Below, in pieces: positions 1-10,772 of a stretch of 64,000 nucleotides of DNA. The stretch covers positions 96,001 through 160,000 of the forward strand of contig CAWKHF010000003.1 of NCBI GenBank assembly GCA_963849325.1. Reading direction: 5' to 3'. The translations under genes were made by a program, and so were the position numbers. Below the pieces are notes generated by a model. The model had not been told where the DNA came from and did no database searches. It saw only the letters and a list, made by a program, of their open reading frames with translations. Each line of letters starts with the position of its first letter. The first letter of the stretch is position 1. The stretch comes from an uncultured Planctomycetota bacterium. GTDB lineage: Bacteria; Planctomycetota; Planctomycetia; Gemmatales; Gemmataceae.

Positions 1-290
1 GCAACTCCGGCGACGGGAAGGGCCGGAGTCAGCCAGCGGGCGCGTTCGAGGGCACGACGCGCCATCAGGCGGGCCGTCGCGGCGGAGCAGAACGAATCGG
101 GCCGGCGGCCGAGATAGTCGGCCAACGCCTGCTCGCTGTACGGCACCCCCACTTCGAGCACGGTGCGCGAGCCGCCCGGCACCGACAGCAGCCAGGAAGC
201 GACACCGGCCCCGCCGCCGGTCACAGCCAGAACGTACCGATAAGGTTGGTCATGAAGACGGGCGATGAGACTGCGAACCGCGGGGTCCAT
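1..290 (-). CDS. CinA C-terminal-like protein (runs off window start)
   Basis: Manual translation MDPAVRSLIARLHDQPYRYVLAVTGGGAGVASWLLSVPGGSRTVLEVGVPYSEQAL...SFCSAATARLMARRA resembles the CinA-C motif pattern. Confidence 0.55.
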   Translation of the reverse strand, partial: MDPAVRSLIARLHDQPYRYVLAVTGGGAGVASWLLSVPGGSRTVLEVGVPYSEQALADYLGRRPDSFCSAATARLMARRALERARWLTPALPVAGV

Positions 291-296
291 GACGGA

Positions 297-1031
297 TCAG
301 GGGGCCAATAACTGCTGCTCGGCAGCGACGATTTTTTCCCACGCTTCATGGGGCGTCTCGGCGGCCCGCAGTTCATCGAGGAAGCCTGGTCGCAGGAACA
401 GGCGGGTCAATCGGGCCAGCACGCGCAGGTGCGTCCGGTCGTCGCGGCAGCAGATGAGGAAGAAAAGGTCCGTGAGTCCCCCGTGCGGAGCGCCGAAGGG
501 GATGCCCGAAACGGTGCGAGCGTAGGCCAGGACGGATTCGCCCAGGGCGGCGGGCAAGGGGCGGCGCGGGTGCGGGATGGCGACGCCGGACGGAAGGGCG
601 GTGCTGGCCATTTCCTCGCGCTGGCGGACGGCGTCCAGGATCGCCTCCGGGTCGTAGACCTGCCACGACTGCTCGGCCAGCGTCACCAGCTCCTTGAGGA
701 CCGAGGCGCGGGTGGAGGCGGCCAGCGGCACCGCCATGCTCGCCTCCGACAGCAAACCGGCCAGGAGCGGCTCGTCGCCGCCACGCGAACCGGACGATTC
801 GAGGTTGGTCAACTCCTTCTCGGTCAGGGAGGGCATCTGCGTCTCGATCCAGTGATTGATCTCCGCCCGCGCGAACCGCCATTGACCGCCGACCTTGTGG
901 CCGGGCAGATGACCGCGGCTGGCCAACTTACCCACTTCGCGCACGTCGCGCCGCAGGTAAGCGGCCAGCTGCTCCATGTCCATCATGTCACTCCCCACGA
1001 TCGACACCCCCTCCCGCGGCACGGTCGCCAT
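297..1031 (-). CDS. PTS IIA (PtsN-like) protein with N-terminal excisionase-type HTH
   Basis: N-terminal LAAYLRRD...LPGHKVGGQWRF; EIIA motif REEMASTALPSGVAIPHPR; HLRVLARL. Confidence 0.9.
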   Translation of the reverse strand: MATVPREGVSIVGSDMMDMEQLAAYLRRDVREVGKLASRGHLPGHKVGGQWRFARAEINHWIETQMPSLTEKELTNLESSGSRGGDEPLLAGLLSEASMAVPLAASTRASVLKELVTLAEQSWQVYDPEAILDAVRQREEMASTALPSGVAIPHPRRPLPAALGESVLAYARTVSGIPFGAPHGGLTDLFFLICCRDDRTHLRVLARLTRLFLRPGFLDELRAAETPHEAWEKIVAAEQQLLAP

Positions 1032-1059
1032 GGCTCTCTCTTCTACTCTCTCGTGCAAG

Positions 1060-2321
1060 TCACGTTCCCGATTCCTTGTCTGGCGGCCCGAGCAGCCCCG
1101 GCAGATCGAAGCCCTTGCCGCCCTTGAGCAGCTGCCGCTGCGCCTGCGTCTGCTGGCTGAGACCCCACAGGCGAATGAAACCCGCGGGCGGCGTCGTGGT
1201 CGAAACTGTCGCCGCTCTCGTAGGTGGCCAGCTTCTTGCTGTACAGGCTGTGCTCGCTCTTGCGGCCGACCACCGTGGCCTTGCCCTTGAACAGCTTCAC
1301 CCGCACCTGGCCGGCGACGAAGCGCTGGTTGCTGGCCACGAAGGCGAACAGATCCTGATGGAAGGCGCTGAACCACAGGCCATTATAGATAATGTCGGCA
1401 TATTCCTGCGAGACCAACGTCTTGAAGCGCTGGGCCTGCTTGCTCAGACACAGCGACTCCAGCTCGCGGTGCGCCTCGTGCAGGATCACCGCCGCCGGCG
1501 CCTCGTACAGCTCGCGCGACTTGATGCCGACCAGGCGGTTCTCGACGTGGTCGATGCGGCCGACGCCGTGCTGGCCGCCGAGCTCGTTCAGCCGCTCGAT
1601 CAGCGGCACGCCGTCCAGCGGCTGGCCGTCCAGACCCACCGGCTTGCCGTGCTCGAAGTCGATGGTGACGTAGGCCGGCTCGTTCGGCGCCCTGAGCCGG
1701 ATCGACCGTCCAGGCGAAGGCGTCGGCCGGCGGCTCGTCCCACGGGTCTTCCAGCACGCCCGCCTCGCAGCTGCGGCCCCACAGGTTCAGGTCGAGACTG
1801 TAAGGGCTTTCCTTGGTCGCCTCGACCGGGATGCCGTGCTTGGCCGCGAAGGCGATTTCCTCGTCGCGGCTCATCTTCCACTCGCGCACCGGGGCGATGA
1901 TCTTCAAATCCGGGGCCAACGTCTGGAAGGTGACGTCGAAACGAACCTGATCGTTGCCCTTGCCGGTGCAGCCGTGGGCCACGGCCTTGGCCTTGTGGTC
2001 GCGGGCGGCATCGACCATCAGCTTGGCGATCAGCGGCCGGCCCAGCGCCGTCGCCAGCGGATACTTGCCCTCGTACATCGCCCCGGCCATCAGGGCCGGA
2101 AAGACGAAGCAATCGACGAACAGGTTGCGAGCGTCCAGGGCGACGGCATCGACCGCCCCGGTCCGCAGCGCCTTCTGGCGGATGCGCTCGATGTCCTCGC
2201 CCTGGCCGAGATCCACCGTGAACGTCACCACGTCGAGGTTGTACTTCTCGCCGATCCACGGCACCATCACGGACGTGTCCAGACCGCCCGAGTACGCCAG
2301 GATGACTTTGTCGCGTGCCAT
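1060..2321 (-). CDS. argG: argininosuccinate synthase (two apparent frameshifts, ~1695 and ~1175)
   Basis: AYSGGLDTS, HGCTGKGNDQVRF, ENRLVGIKSRELYEAP, SLYSKKLATY spread over successive frames. Confidence 0.95.
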
Positions 2322-2326
2322 TTTTC

Positions 2327-2407
2327 AGTTCGGAGTTCGGAGTTCGGAGTGAAGAGTCCAATAGAGATTCTGAAACACTCAGAACTCCGAACTCCGAACT
2401 CCGAACT
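2327..2407. repeat. Heptamer tandem-repeat hairpin (AGTTCGG)n ... (CCGAACT)n
   Basis: agttcggagttcggagttcggagtg and cactcagaactccgaactccgaactccgaact are inverted arms; abuts the argG start codon. Confidence 0.9.
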
Positions 2408-2446
2408 TGGTATCATCCTAGGTGGGACCGTAGGGGACGGAAAGAC

Positions 2447-2878
2447 ATGCCCTCCGCCGCATTTCAACTTTTGAGCATTCCACGATCCGTTTATGAAGGA
2501 ATGCTGTGGCATGCACTGGCGGAGAGGCCGTTGGAATGCTGCGGCCTGCTGGCCGGCACGATACGGGAGGGCGTCGGCGAAGTGCGGATGCGCTATCCGC
2601 TGCTCAACGCCGCCGCCAGTCCCGTGGAGTTCGAGTCCGATCCGGCCAGTCATTTTTCGGCGGACAAAGACATCCGCCGTCAGGGACTCGACGTGCTCGC
2701 CGTCTACCACTCGCATCCCTCGTCGGCGCCGGTCCCCAGTCGCAAAGACCTGGCGCGCAATTGGAGTCCCAACGTGGTCAACCTCATCCTCGCGCTGACG
2801 ACGACGCCTCCGACCGTCCGCGCCTGGTGGTTAACCGCCGAGGACTACCGCGAGGCGAGCTGGGAGGTGGAAAGGTAG
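2447..2878 (+). CDS. M67 family (JAB/MPN) metallopeptidase
   Basis: PLECCGLLAG and JAMM motif YHSHPSSAPVPSRKD. Confidence 0.9.
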   Translation: MPSAAFQLLSIPRSVYEGMLWHALAERPLECCGLLAGTIREGVGEVRMRYPLLNAAASPVEFESDPASHFSADKDIRRQGLDVLAVYHSHPSSAPVPSRKDLARNWSPNVVNLILALTTTPPTVRAWWLTAEDYREASWEVER

Positions 2879-2956
2879 GTTTGCCGATTTCCCTTGTCCC
2901 GTCGGTCGCGCGCCGGTTACGATTGCAAGAGTGACCCCCGTGCAAAGGAGGCCGCC

Positions 2957-5641
2957 GTGTTGTCCGCCACCTCGCGTCGTATCCTGTTCGGCTATCCTCT
3001 CATCCTTGTCGCCGTCCTCTGTGCCACGGCCGCCGAACCGGCCGCTCGGCCCACGGCCAAGCAGATCGCCCAGTGGGTCCAGCAACTGGGGGACAACAGC
3101 TTCGCCGTGCGCGAGGACGCCTCGAAAAAGCTGTGGATGGCCGGCGACGCCGCCGAGTCCGCGCTGGAGGAAGCCGCCAAGAGCGAGGACGCCGAGGTAG
3201 TCCGCCGGGCGCACGACATCCTGGACAAGTTCAAGTGGGGCATCTATCCCGACACGCCCGCCAACGTCGTCGCCCTCATTCAGGCTTACCAATCCACCGA
3301 TGTCAACGCTCGGGCGGGGATCGTGCAACGACTTCTCCAAAGCGGCCCGCACGGTTTGCAAGCCGTCCTCAAGATCGCCAAGGCCGAGACCGACCCCAAC
3401 CAACGTAAGGCTCTCGGTCAACTGGCTTCGAGCAAGCTGCCGGCCGCGCTTCCGCAAGTCCTGGAAGAGGGCAAGTTCGAGAGGTTCGAGGCCCTTCTCG
3501 AGATGGGCCATGACAGCGAGGTCATTGACCACAATCCGTACACCGCCTACTGGTTGCTGCGCGGCAAGCTGGACCCGCGCATCGCCCACTTCCGCTCCCG
3601 GCTGGACAAACATCCCAAGGACCAGCGCAGCGCCGAGACGCTCGCCTACCTCTATCGAGCGCGGGGCGATCTCAAGGAAGCCGCCGCCGCGGCCGAGAAG
3701 GCGGGGAACGTCGATCTGCTTGAAGGCATCCTCTACGAGGCGGCTGATTGGAAGGCGCTGGCGGCGCGTCCCGATCGTTTGCCGGAGGCGGTGGGGACCG
3801 TCGATCACACGGCCTACCGCGCGGCCTACGCGCGGCTGGCCGGTGATCGGAAGGAATTCCAAGCGGCATGCGCCGAATTGCAGAAAGTGGCTCAGAAGGA
3901 GCCGCAGAGCGACGTTTGGCGATTCGCCGTCGCCAAGGCGTTCCTCCTCAACGACCGCCCCGCCGACGGCCTGGCGCTGTTAGCGAAAGTGCCCGAACGC
4001 CATCCGATCCTCTTCGAGATCCTCTGCGCTCGACTCCAATACCGCGAGGCGATGGCGCTGGTGGACCAATCCCGTCCCGCCGACAGCAAGGAACAGAAAC
4101 AGCTGGAAATCCTCAAGGCGCGGACGCTGTATCAGCTGGGGGAGAAGGACAAGGCGCAGGCATTGTTCACCCGTCTCGCCGCGCAGATCAAAGAAGGCGT
4201 TGATCTCTCGTGGGTCGAAAGTTTGCTGGAGGCGGAATACAAAGTCGGCTTGAAAGAACAGGCCTTCGAGCATTGCGCCAAGGCCATGAGCGACGGGCTG
4301 CCGAAAGAGATGAAGGTCATCCAGGCTGGGGCTTATCTGAAGCCATTCTTTCCTGATCGAGCCGAGACGGCCGAGGTATGGTGGGAACTGCTGCGCCTGA
4401 AGCACAAGGACGAAACCAACGCCTCGATTCTGAAGCGACTGCGCGACCTGATGGAGGGCAAGGTCGCCGCCAAGGAAGTCAAGGCATGCATCGAGGAGGC
4501 GGATCGGGCGCTGGCCGTCCCGCAGGAGCGGAAGGTTCCGAGAGACACGGCCCGCCGGCGTCAGGTGTGGGCCGGCGCCGTCGCGGCTGTCGGACTCGAT
4601 GACTTGGCCCATTCGCTCCTGGAGAAAGCTGGTACTCCCGAAGCGTTGCTTCGTCTCGGTGATCTTCTGGCTGGTAAAAAACAGTGGGCGAAGGCGGCCG
4701 AACGCTATCGCCAAGCATGGGACAAGGACCGGATCCACGACGATACCGTACCGGAGGGAAAGCAGCTCGATCCCTTGCCATTGTTCCTCGCCGGCTCGGC
4801 CCTGGTGAAAGCCGGCCAGAACACCGAGGGGAAAAAGCTCATCGAACAAGCGCATTGGGTGTTGTTGGGCGATGCGTCGGGGCGGTACGCCTTTCTCCAA
4901 GCCCTGACGAAGCGCGGGCATGGGGAGGCCGTGCGGCGCGAGACGGACTTGCTGCTTCGCGTCAGCGAGCCGAACTCGTACTATTGGGGTGAGGCCGCGC
5001 GTCGCCTGGGTATCGCCGCCCTCGCTCGCAAGGACTACCGCCAGGCCGCCGAGGCTTTCGAGCAATCGATGCTGCGCTGCCTCAACACGTACACGCACTT
5101 CGTACAATCGGGCGCCTACGCCGGGGTGCCGGCCCAGGTGCATCAACTGCGCGCCCGCGCCTTGCTCATCGCCGGGAAGTTCGAGCAGGCCCAACAGCAA
5201 ATCGATCTGGCGCTGGCCGCCTCGCCGGGCAACGTCGAACTGCCGATCGCTCTGGTACCGGATTTGGAACGATGCGGCCACAAGAAAGAGGCGGCGGCGT
5301 TGTTCGATCGCTGCTTCGCGGCCTACGAGAAAGTGTGTGAGGATTATCCGCGCTGCGCCTGGGCCCACAACTCGGCGGCATGGATGGCCGCTTGCTGCCG
5401 CCGCCATCTCGACAAAGCTCTGGAGCACGCTCGCAAGGCCGTCGAGCTGGCCCCAACCACGGCCGGGTATTTGGACACGCTCGCCGAGGTCTACTTCCAG
5501 CGCGGTGAGAAGGACAAGGCCGTCGCCTTGCAAAAGCGTGTCGTCGAATTGGACCCGAAGAAGGTGTATTTCCGCAAGCAATTGCGGCGGATTGAGTCCG
5601 GCGATCCCTCCGCGGAAAGGCCGGCGGAAGACGAGGAGTGA
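2957..5641 (+). CDS. Secreted HEAT/TPR-repeat protein
   Basis: Signal peptide, LGDNSFAVREDASKKL HEAT-like start, C-terminal TPRs (AHNSAAW...YLDTLAEVYFQRGEKDKAV). Confidence 0.8.
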   Translation: MLSATSRRILFGYPLILVAVLCATAAEPAARPTAKQIAQWVQQLGDNSFAVREDASKKLWMAGDAAESALEEAAKSEDAEVVRRAHDILDKFKWGIYPDTPANVVALIQAYQSTDVNARAGIVQRLLQSGPHGLQAVLKIAKAETDPNQRKALGQLASSKLPAALPQVLEEGKFERFEALLEMGHDSEVIDHNPYTAYWLLRGKLDPRIAHFRSRLDKHPKDQRSAETLAYLYRARGDLKEAAAAAEKAGNVDLLEGILYEAADWKALAARPDRLPEAVGTVDHTAYRAAYARLAGDRKEFQAACAELQKVAQKEPQSDVWRFAVAKAFLLNDRPADGLALLAKVPERHPILFEILCARLQYREAMALVDQSRPADSKEQKQLEILKARTLYQLGEKDKAQALFTRLAAQIKEGVDLSWVESLLEAEYKVGLKEQAFEHCAKAMSDGLPKEMKVIQAGAYLKPFFPDRAETAEVWWELLRLKHKDETNASILKRLRDLMEGKVAAKEVKACIEEADRALAVPQERKVPRDTARRRQVWAGAVAAVGLDDLAHSLLEKAGTPEALLRLGDLLAGKKQWAKAAERYRQAWDKDRIHDDTVPEGKQLDPLPLFLAGSALVKAGQNTEGKKLIEQAHWVLLGDASGRYAFLQALTKRGHGEAVRRETDLLLRVSEPNSYYWGEAARRLGIAALARKDYRQAAEAFEQSMLRCLNTYTHFVQSGAYAGVPAQVHQLRARALLIAGKFEQAQQQIDLALAASPGNVELPIALVPDLERCGHKKEAAALFDRCFAAYEKVCEDYPRCAWAHNSAAWMAACCRRHLDKALEHARKAVELAPTTAGYLDTLAEVYFQRGEKDKAVALQKRVVELDPKKVYFRKQLRRIESGDPSAERPAEDEE

Positions 5642-5647
5642 GGCAAC

Positions 5648-6313
5648 TCAGTGCGGGGGTGTCGAAAGGGAAGCTCCGCCCCCGTCCGGTGCGAGACCGT
5701 CGGTCGAGATCCCCTGTTGACGGAGCTGGGCTTTGACAACGGTGTCGAAACATTTCGGACAGATACCGTGGCTGAAGCGAGCGTCCGAATGCTCGCCGAT
5801 GTATTCCTCGACCCGCTGCCAGTAGTTGGAGTCGTTGCGGATACACTTGCAGTAGCAGCAAATCGGCAGCAGTCCTTGCAGCTGCTTGACTCGCTTGAGC
5901 GCCTCCTCCAGCTCCCGAACTCGTTCCGCCAAGCTCTGTTGCAGGGCCGTCATGCGCAGACCGACGTTGACGCGCGCTTGCAGCTCATCGCGGTCGAACG
6001 GCTTGGTAATGTAATCGTCGGCCCCGCTCTCCAGGCCGGCAACGATGTCTTTCTTGTCAATGCGAGCGGTCAACAAAATGACGTAGATGGATCGCTTGGT
6101 CGGATCTTCGCGCAGACGGCGGCAGACCGACAGGCCGTCCATGCGCGGCATCATCCAATCGAGGATGGCCAACTGCGGCGTGTCCGCGCGTTCCAGGACT
6201 TCGTAGGCCGAGGAGCCATCGGTCGTCACGATGACCTGATGGCCCCACTTGCGCAGAGTCAATTCCAGGGTGCGGCGCGAGATCGGGTCGTCTTCGGCGA
6301 TAAGAATGTCCAT
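5648..6313 (-). CDS. Response regulator with Cys-rich C-terminal domain
   Basis: ILIAEDD, LAILDWMMPRMDG, GADDYITKPF; tail PICCYCKCIR...FSHGICPKC. Confidence 0.9.
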   Translation of the reverse strand: MDILIAEDDPISRRTLELTLRKWGHQVIVTTDGSSAYEVLERADTPQLAILDWMMPRMDGLSVCRRLREDPTKRSIYVILLTARIDKKDIVAGLESGADDYITKPFDRDELQARVNVGLRMTALQQSLAERVRELEEALKRVKQLQGLLPICCYCKCIRNDSNYWQRVEEYIGEHSDARFSHGICPKCFDTVVKAQLRQQGISTDGLAPDGGGASLSTPPH

Positions 6314-6449
6314 GCGGCCGATTGTCCCTATTGCTGTCGTCCCACCGAGCGTCTCCCGATAGGATAGCACACACCGCGTCCGCGGGTCGTTCGGCCTCGC
6401 ATCACGGAACACGCGGTCAACCGTGGGCTTCTTTTCGCGGAGTAAGTCG

Positions 6450-8154
6450 ATGCTTGGTCTGCGTCTGCTGCTTCTGGGAACGTTCGCCCTGAGTCTTCTG
6501 TTGTACGGCCCTGCCTTGGCCGCTCTGGCCGGCGGAGAGATGACCGAGCGCGCCCGCCAGTTCGTCAAGGGCCATGAGACGCGCTTGCGGCCTCTCGACG
6601 TGGCCGCCAACCGCGCCTGGTGGGACGCCAACACCAGCGGCAAGTCCGAAGACTTCGCCCGCAAGATCGAGACGCAAAACCGCATCGACGAGGCGCTCGC
6701 CGACCCTGCGGTGTTCGCCGAACTGAAGAAGCTCAAGGAAAACCGCAAACAGATCGATGATGCCGTGCTGGCCCGCGCCATCGACGTGTTGTATCTACTG
6801 TACCTCGAAAAGCAGGTAGACACGGCCCTGCTCAAGAAGACGGTGGCCAAGGCCAACGCCATCGAGGAGAAGTTCAACAAGTTCCGCGCTCGCGTGGACG
6901 GCGGCGAGATGACCGACAACGAGGTGCGCAAGGTCCTCAAAACGTCCACGAATTCGGCACGGCTGCAAGCCGTCTGGGAGGCGAGCAAGGCTGTCGGCGC
7001 CGAGGTGGCCGACGACCTCAAGGAGTTGGTTCGTCTGCGCAACCAGGCCGCGGTCAAGCTCGGTTTCAAGAACTTCCATGCCTTGCAGCTGTACCTCAAC
7101 GAGCAGGACGGTGAACAGCTGCTCCAGCTGTTCGACGAGCTGGACCAGCTGACGCGCGGCGCCCTTCGAGGCGGCCAAGGCCGACCTCGACGCCCGCCTT
7201 GCCGGTTGTTACGGCATCCCGAAGACGGATCTGCGGCCGTGGCACTATCACGATCCGTTCTTCCAGGCGACGCCGGACGTGTTCGCCACCGACCTCGACG
7301 CTCCCTTCGCCCGCGCCGACTTGCCGGCCCTGTGCCGCGACTTCTACGCCGGCATCGGTCTGCCGATCGATCGCGTCATCGCTCGCAGCGACCTGTACGA
7401 GAAGAAGGGCAAGAGTCAGCACGCCTTCTGCACCGACATCGACCGCGAAGGCGACGTGCGCGTGCTGGCCAACGTCCGGCCGAACAACCAGTGGGCCTCG
7501 ACCCTGTTGCACGAGTTCGGCCATTCCGTCTACAGCAGCCTGAACATCCCGGCGACGCTGCCCTACGCCCTGCGCATGGAGTCGCACATCCTGACCACGG
7601 AGGGCGTGGCCATGATGTTCGAGCGCCTGAGCAAGCGCGGCCGATTCCTGGTGACGATGGAGCTGCCGGTCAAGGACGTCAAGGCGTTCGACGAGGCGGC
7701 GTCCAAGACGCTGCGCTATCAACTGCTGATCTTCTCGCGCTGGTGCCAGGTGATGCTGCGTTTTGAGAAGGGCATGTACGAGAACCCCGAGCAGGACCTC
7801 AACAAGCTGTGGTGGGATCTGGTCGAGAAGTACCAGCAGGTCAAACGGCCGCCCGGCCGCAACGCCCCGGACTATGCCAGTAAGGTCCACATCGTCAGTG
7901 CGCCGGTATACTATCACAATTACATGATGGGCGAGCTGTTCGCCTCACAGGTACATCACGCCATCGTCCGCGAACTGTACAAGGGCGCCGATCCCGGCAG
8001 CGTCGTCTACGTCGGCAACAAGGCCGTAGGCGAGTTCATGAAGAAGCGCGTCTTCGAGCCGGGCCGGAGCCTAAGCTGGAACGAATTGACGCGCCACGCT
8101 ACCGGCGAGGCGCTCAATGCCAAGGCGTTCGCCGCGGATTTCAAGGAGAAATAA
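6450..8154 (+). CDS. M2/M3-type (peptidyl-dipeptidase-like) zinc metallopeptidase (frameshift ~7160)
   Basis: Signal peptide, HEFGH, TEGVAMMF, HIVSAPVYYHNY. Confidence 0.85.
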
Positions 8155-8167
8155 GGAACTCTTTGCC

Positions 8168-8228
8168 AACAAGCCCGGAGCGTCCGCGACGGGTTCTTGC
8201 AACCCGTCGCGGACGCTCCGGGCTTGTT
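8168..8228. repeat. REP-doublet palindrome
   Basis: aacaagcccggagcgtccgcgacgggtt / aacccgtcgcggacgctccgggcttgtt perfect inverted arms. Confidence 0.9.
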
Positions 8229-8240
8229 TGAAAGCTCTCC

Positions 8241-9371
8241 ATGACACACGAACATCACCCGACGCAATCGTATTTACATAAGATCAGTCATCGGCGTATC
8301 GATCCGCCAAGGCTAACGGGGCAGACTCCCTTGCCTCGCGTCCTCGACGAGGCGTTCCTGTCGTACAACGCCGGCCGTTTGCGCGAGGCGTGCCGGCTGT
8401 ATGCGACCAAGATGCTCGCCGACGATGCCGTGGTCGGCCTATCGCTGAGCGGCGCCCTGACGCCCGCCGGCCTGGGCATGTCGTGCCTGGTGCCGCTCGT
8501 CGAGGCAGGCTTCCTCGATTGGATCGTCAGTACGGGCGCGAACCTCTATCACGATACGCATTTCGCCCTGGGCATGGACCTGCATCAGTCGCGTCCCGGA
8601 CTCGACGACTTGCAGCTCCGCGAGCACCAGGTTATCCGGATTTACGACATCGTTTTTGACTACGAGAATTTGCTCGGCACCGACCGTTTCTATCGCACCC
8701 TCTGCCGTGGCGAGGCGTTCCAGCAGACGCTGGGCACGGCGGAGTTTCACTACCTGGTTGGCAAGTACCTGGCCGCGCGCGAGGACGAGACGGGCCACAA
8801 GGGCCGCAGTCTTCTGGCGGCGGCGTATCGCTGCGGCGTGCCGATTTTCACATCGTCGCCGGGCGACAGCTCCATCGGCATGAACCTGGCCGCCCTGCAG
8901 ATGGAAGGCTCGGCCCTGCTTATCGACCCACTGCGCGACGTCAATCAGAGCGCCGCCCTTGTCTACGATGCCAAGAAACACGGCCGCAGCGGCGTGCTCA
9001 TCCTCGGCGGCGGTTCGCCGAAGAACTTCATGCTGCAAACCGAGCCGCAGATCCAGGAAGTGCTCGGCCTGCCGGAGAGCGGGCACGACTACTTCTTGCA
9101 GATCACCGACGCCCGTCCCGACACCGGCGGGCTGAGCGGGGCCACGCCGCAAGAGGCGATGACCTGGGGCAAAGTCGATCCCGAGCAACTGCCCGATACG
9201 GTGACGTGCTACGTCGATTCGACCGTGGCGCTGCCGCTGATGACCGTGTACGCCCTCGCCTCCCGATCGCCGCGTCCGTTGCGGCGGCTGATGGATCGCC
9301 TATCGGAGATGACGCGGCTACTCGAACAGGAGTATCAGTCGCGCCGAACGGAGGAGACGACCTCCGGATAG
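8241..9371 (+). CDS. Deoxyhypusine synthase-like protein (probable homospermidine synthesis)
   Basis: [43 protein letters not shown]. Confidence 0.9.
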   Translation: MTHEHHPTQSYLHKISHRRIDPPRLTGQTPLPRVLDEAFLSYNAGRLREACRLYATKMLADDAVVGLSLSGALTPAGLGMSCLVPLVEAGFLDWIVSTGANLYHDTHFALGMDLHQSRPGLDDLQLREHQVIRIYDIVFDYENLLGTDRFYRTLCRGEAFQQTLGTAEFHYLVGKYLAAREDETGHKGRSLLAAAYRCGVPIFTSSPGDSSIGMNLAALQMEGSALLIDPLRDVNQSAALVYDAKKHGRSGVLILGGGSPKNFMLQTEPQIQEVLGLPESGHDYFLQITDARPDTGGLSGATPQEAMTWGKVDPEQLPDTVTCYVDSTVALPLMTVYALASRSPRPLRRLMDRLSEMTRLLEQEYQSRRTEETTSG

Positions 9372-10528
9372 TTACGGACCCAATCCCTTGCTCATTTCCT
9401 GCTGAATGCCCGCCAAATCTTCGACGCCGACCGACAGCCGGACAAGGCCGTCGGTGATCCCCTGGCGCTGTTTCTCCTCGGGGTTGACGTAGCGGTGCGA
9501 GGTGGTCGCCGGGTGACTGCACGTCGTCGTCGTGTGGCCCAGCGACGGACTGAACGGGATGCCCGGCGCCTGGCGCATGAAGCGGTTGACCGCCTCTCGG
9601 CCGTCGGCGAGATCGAAGCAGAGCATGTTGCCGAAACCGCCGCCGAGGAGACGGCTGGCCAGCTCATGGTCGGGGTGGTCGGCGCGTCCGGGGTAAACGA
9701 CGCGCGTAACGCCGGGTTGTCCGGCGAGCCAGTCGGCAAGGGCGGCGGCGTTGGCCGACGCCGCCGTCATGCGTAAGCGCAGCGTCGCCAGGCCGCGTTC
9801 GGCCAGCCAGCAGTCGAACGGGTTGGACGAGCAGGCCCCAGATGCTGCTGACCTGGCTTACCTCGGCAAGCAAGTCGCCCTTGCCGCACACGAGGCCGAG
9901 CGTCACGTCGCTGTGGCCGCCAATCATTTTCGTCAGGCTCTCCATCACCACAGCCGCGCCCAACTCCAGCGGCCGAACCAGCACCGGCGTGGCAAACGTG
10001 TTATCGACGACGAGCAGCGCAACGGGCCTCATGGGCCAGCCGGGCCAGCGCGGACAGGTCGCAGGCGCGCAGCAGCGGGTTCGACAGCGTCTCGACGAAC
10101 AGCAGACGCGCCGGCGTCTCCAGGGCGCGGCGCACTTGCTCCAGGTCGGTCGTGTCCACGAACGTCGTCTGCACGCCGAAACGTGGCAACTCCTGCTGGA
10201 ACAACTGCGTGGTCCGGCCGTAGAGGCGGTGACTGGTGACAATGCGTTGTCCCTGTTCGACCAGGGCCAGGACGATGGCGCTGATGGCGGCCATGCCCGA
10301 CCCGGTGACGAGCGCCCACTCCGCCCCCTCCAGGTCCGCCAGCCGAGCAGCAAGGCGGTGTGCGTTGGGGTGAGCGTCACGGGCATAGATGTAGCCGGCC
10401 TCGTGATCGTCGAGGATGCGGTCGAGGGCGTCGAGGTCCGGCAGCGTGTAGACCGACGATTGATACAGCGGCGGCACCAGCGGATGGCTCGGTCCCAGCG
10501 TGGACGGAGGCGTGCGGTTCTCGGCCAT
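9372..10528 (-). CDS. Trans-sulfuration PLP enzyme (cystathionine gamma-synthase/lyase family; two frameshifts)
   Basis: YIYARDAHPN, SGMAAI, VDNTFATP, ESLTKMIGGHSD, VRLSVGVED. Confidence 0.9.
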
Positions 10529-10546
10529 GACACTTTCTCCGCGATC

Positions 10547-10603
10547 TCCGAGCCTGAAGCGTAAGCGAAGGAACGGCGACTTCGCTTACGCTTCAGGCTC
10601 GGA
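10547..10603. repeat. REP-doublet palindrome
   Basis: tccgagcctgaagcgtaagcgaag / cttcgcttacgcttcaggctcgga. Confidence 0.9.
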
Positions 10604-10698
10604 CAACAACAAACATTTTGTCCGCTCGCTCTTATTGGATCAAGCGACGGCCTCTCCGTCGATGGGGGATCGCCGAGGAAAGTCCGTCGATGAAAAAA

Positions 10699-10726
10699 GC
10701 GTCAGCGAGGGGGGCCTCGCTGACGC
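10699..10726. repeat. Short REP-like palindrome
   Basis: gcgtcagcgagg / cctcgctgacgc. Confidence 0.7.
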
Positions 10727-10772
10727 CAACGCAACCTCTCTGCCCGCTGGGGAGCGGCGGAACAGAGATCGC

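Noticed and set aside
3980-5581. Long antisense ORFs (also at 2831, 20656, 37042, 55270, 59791)
   Set aside because: Shadow frames opposite real genes, expected in high-GC DNA
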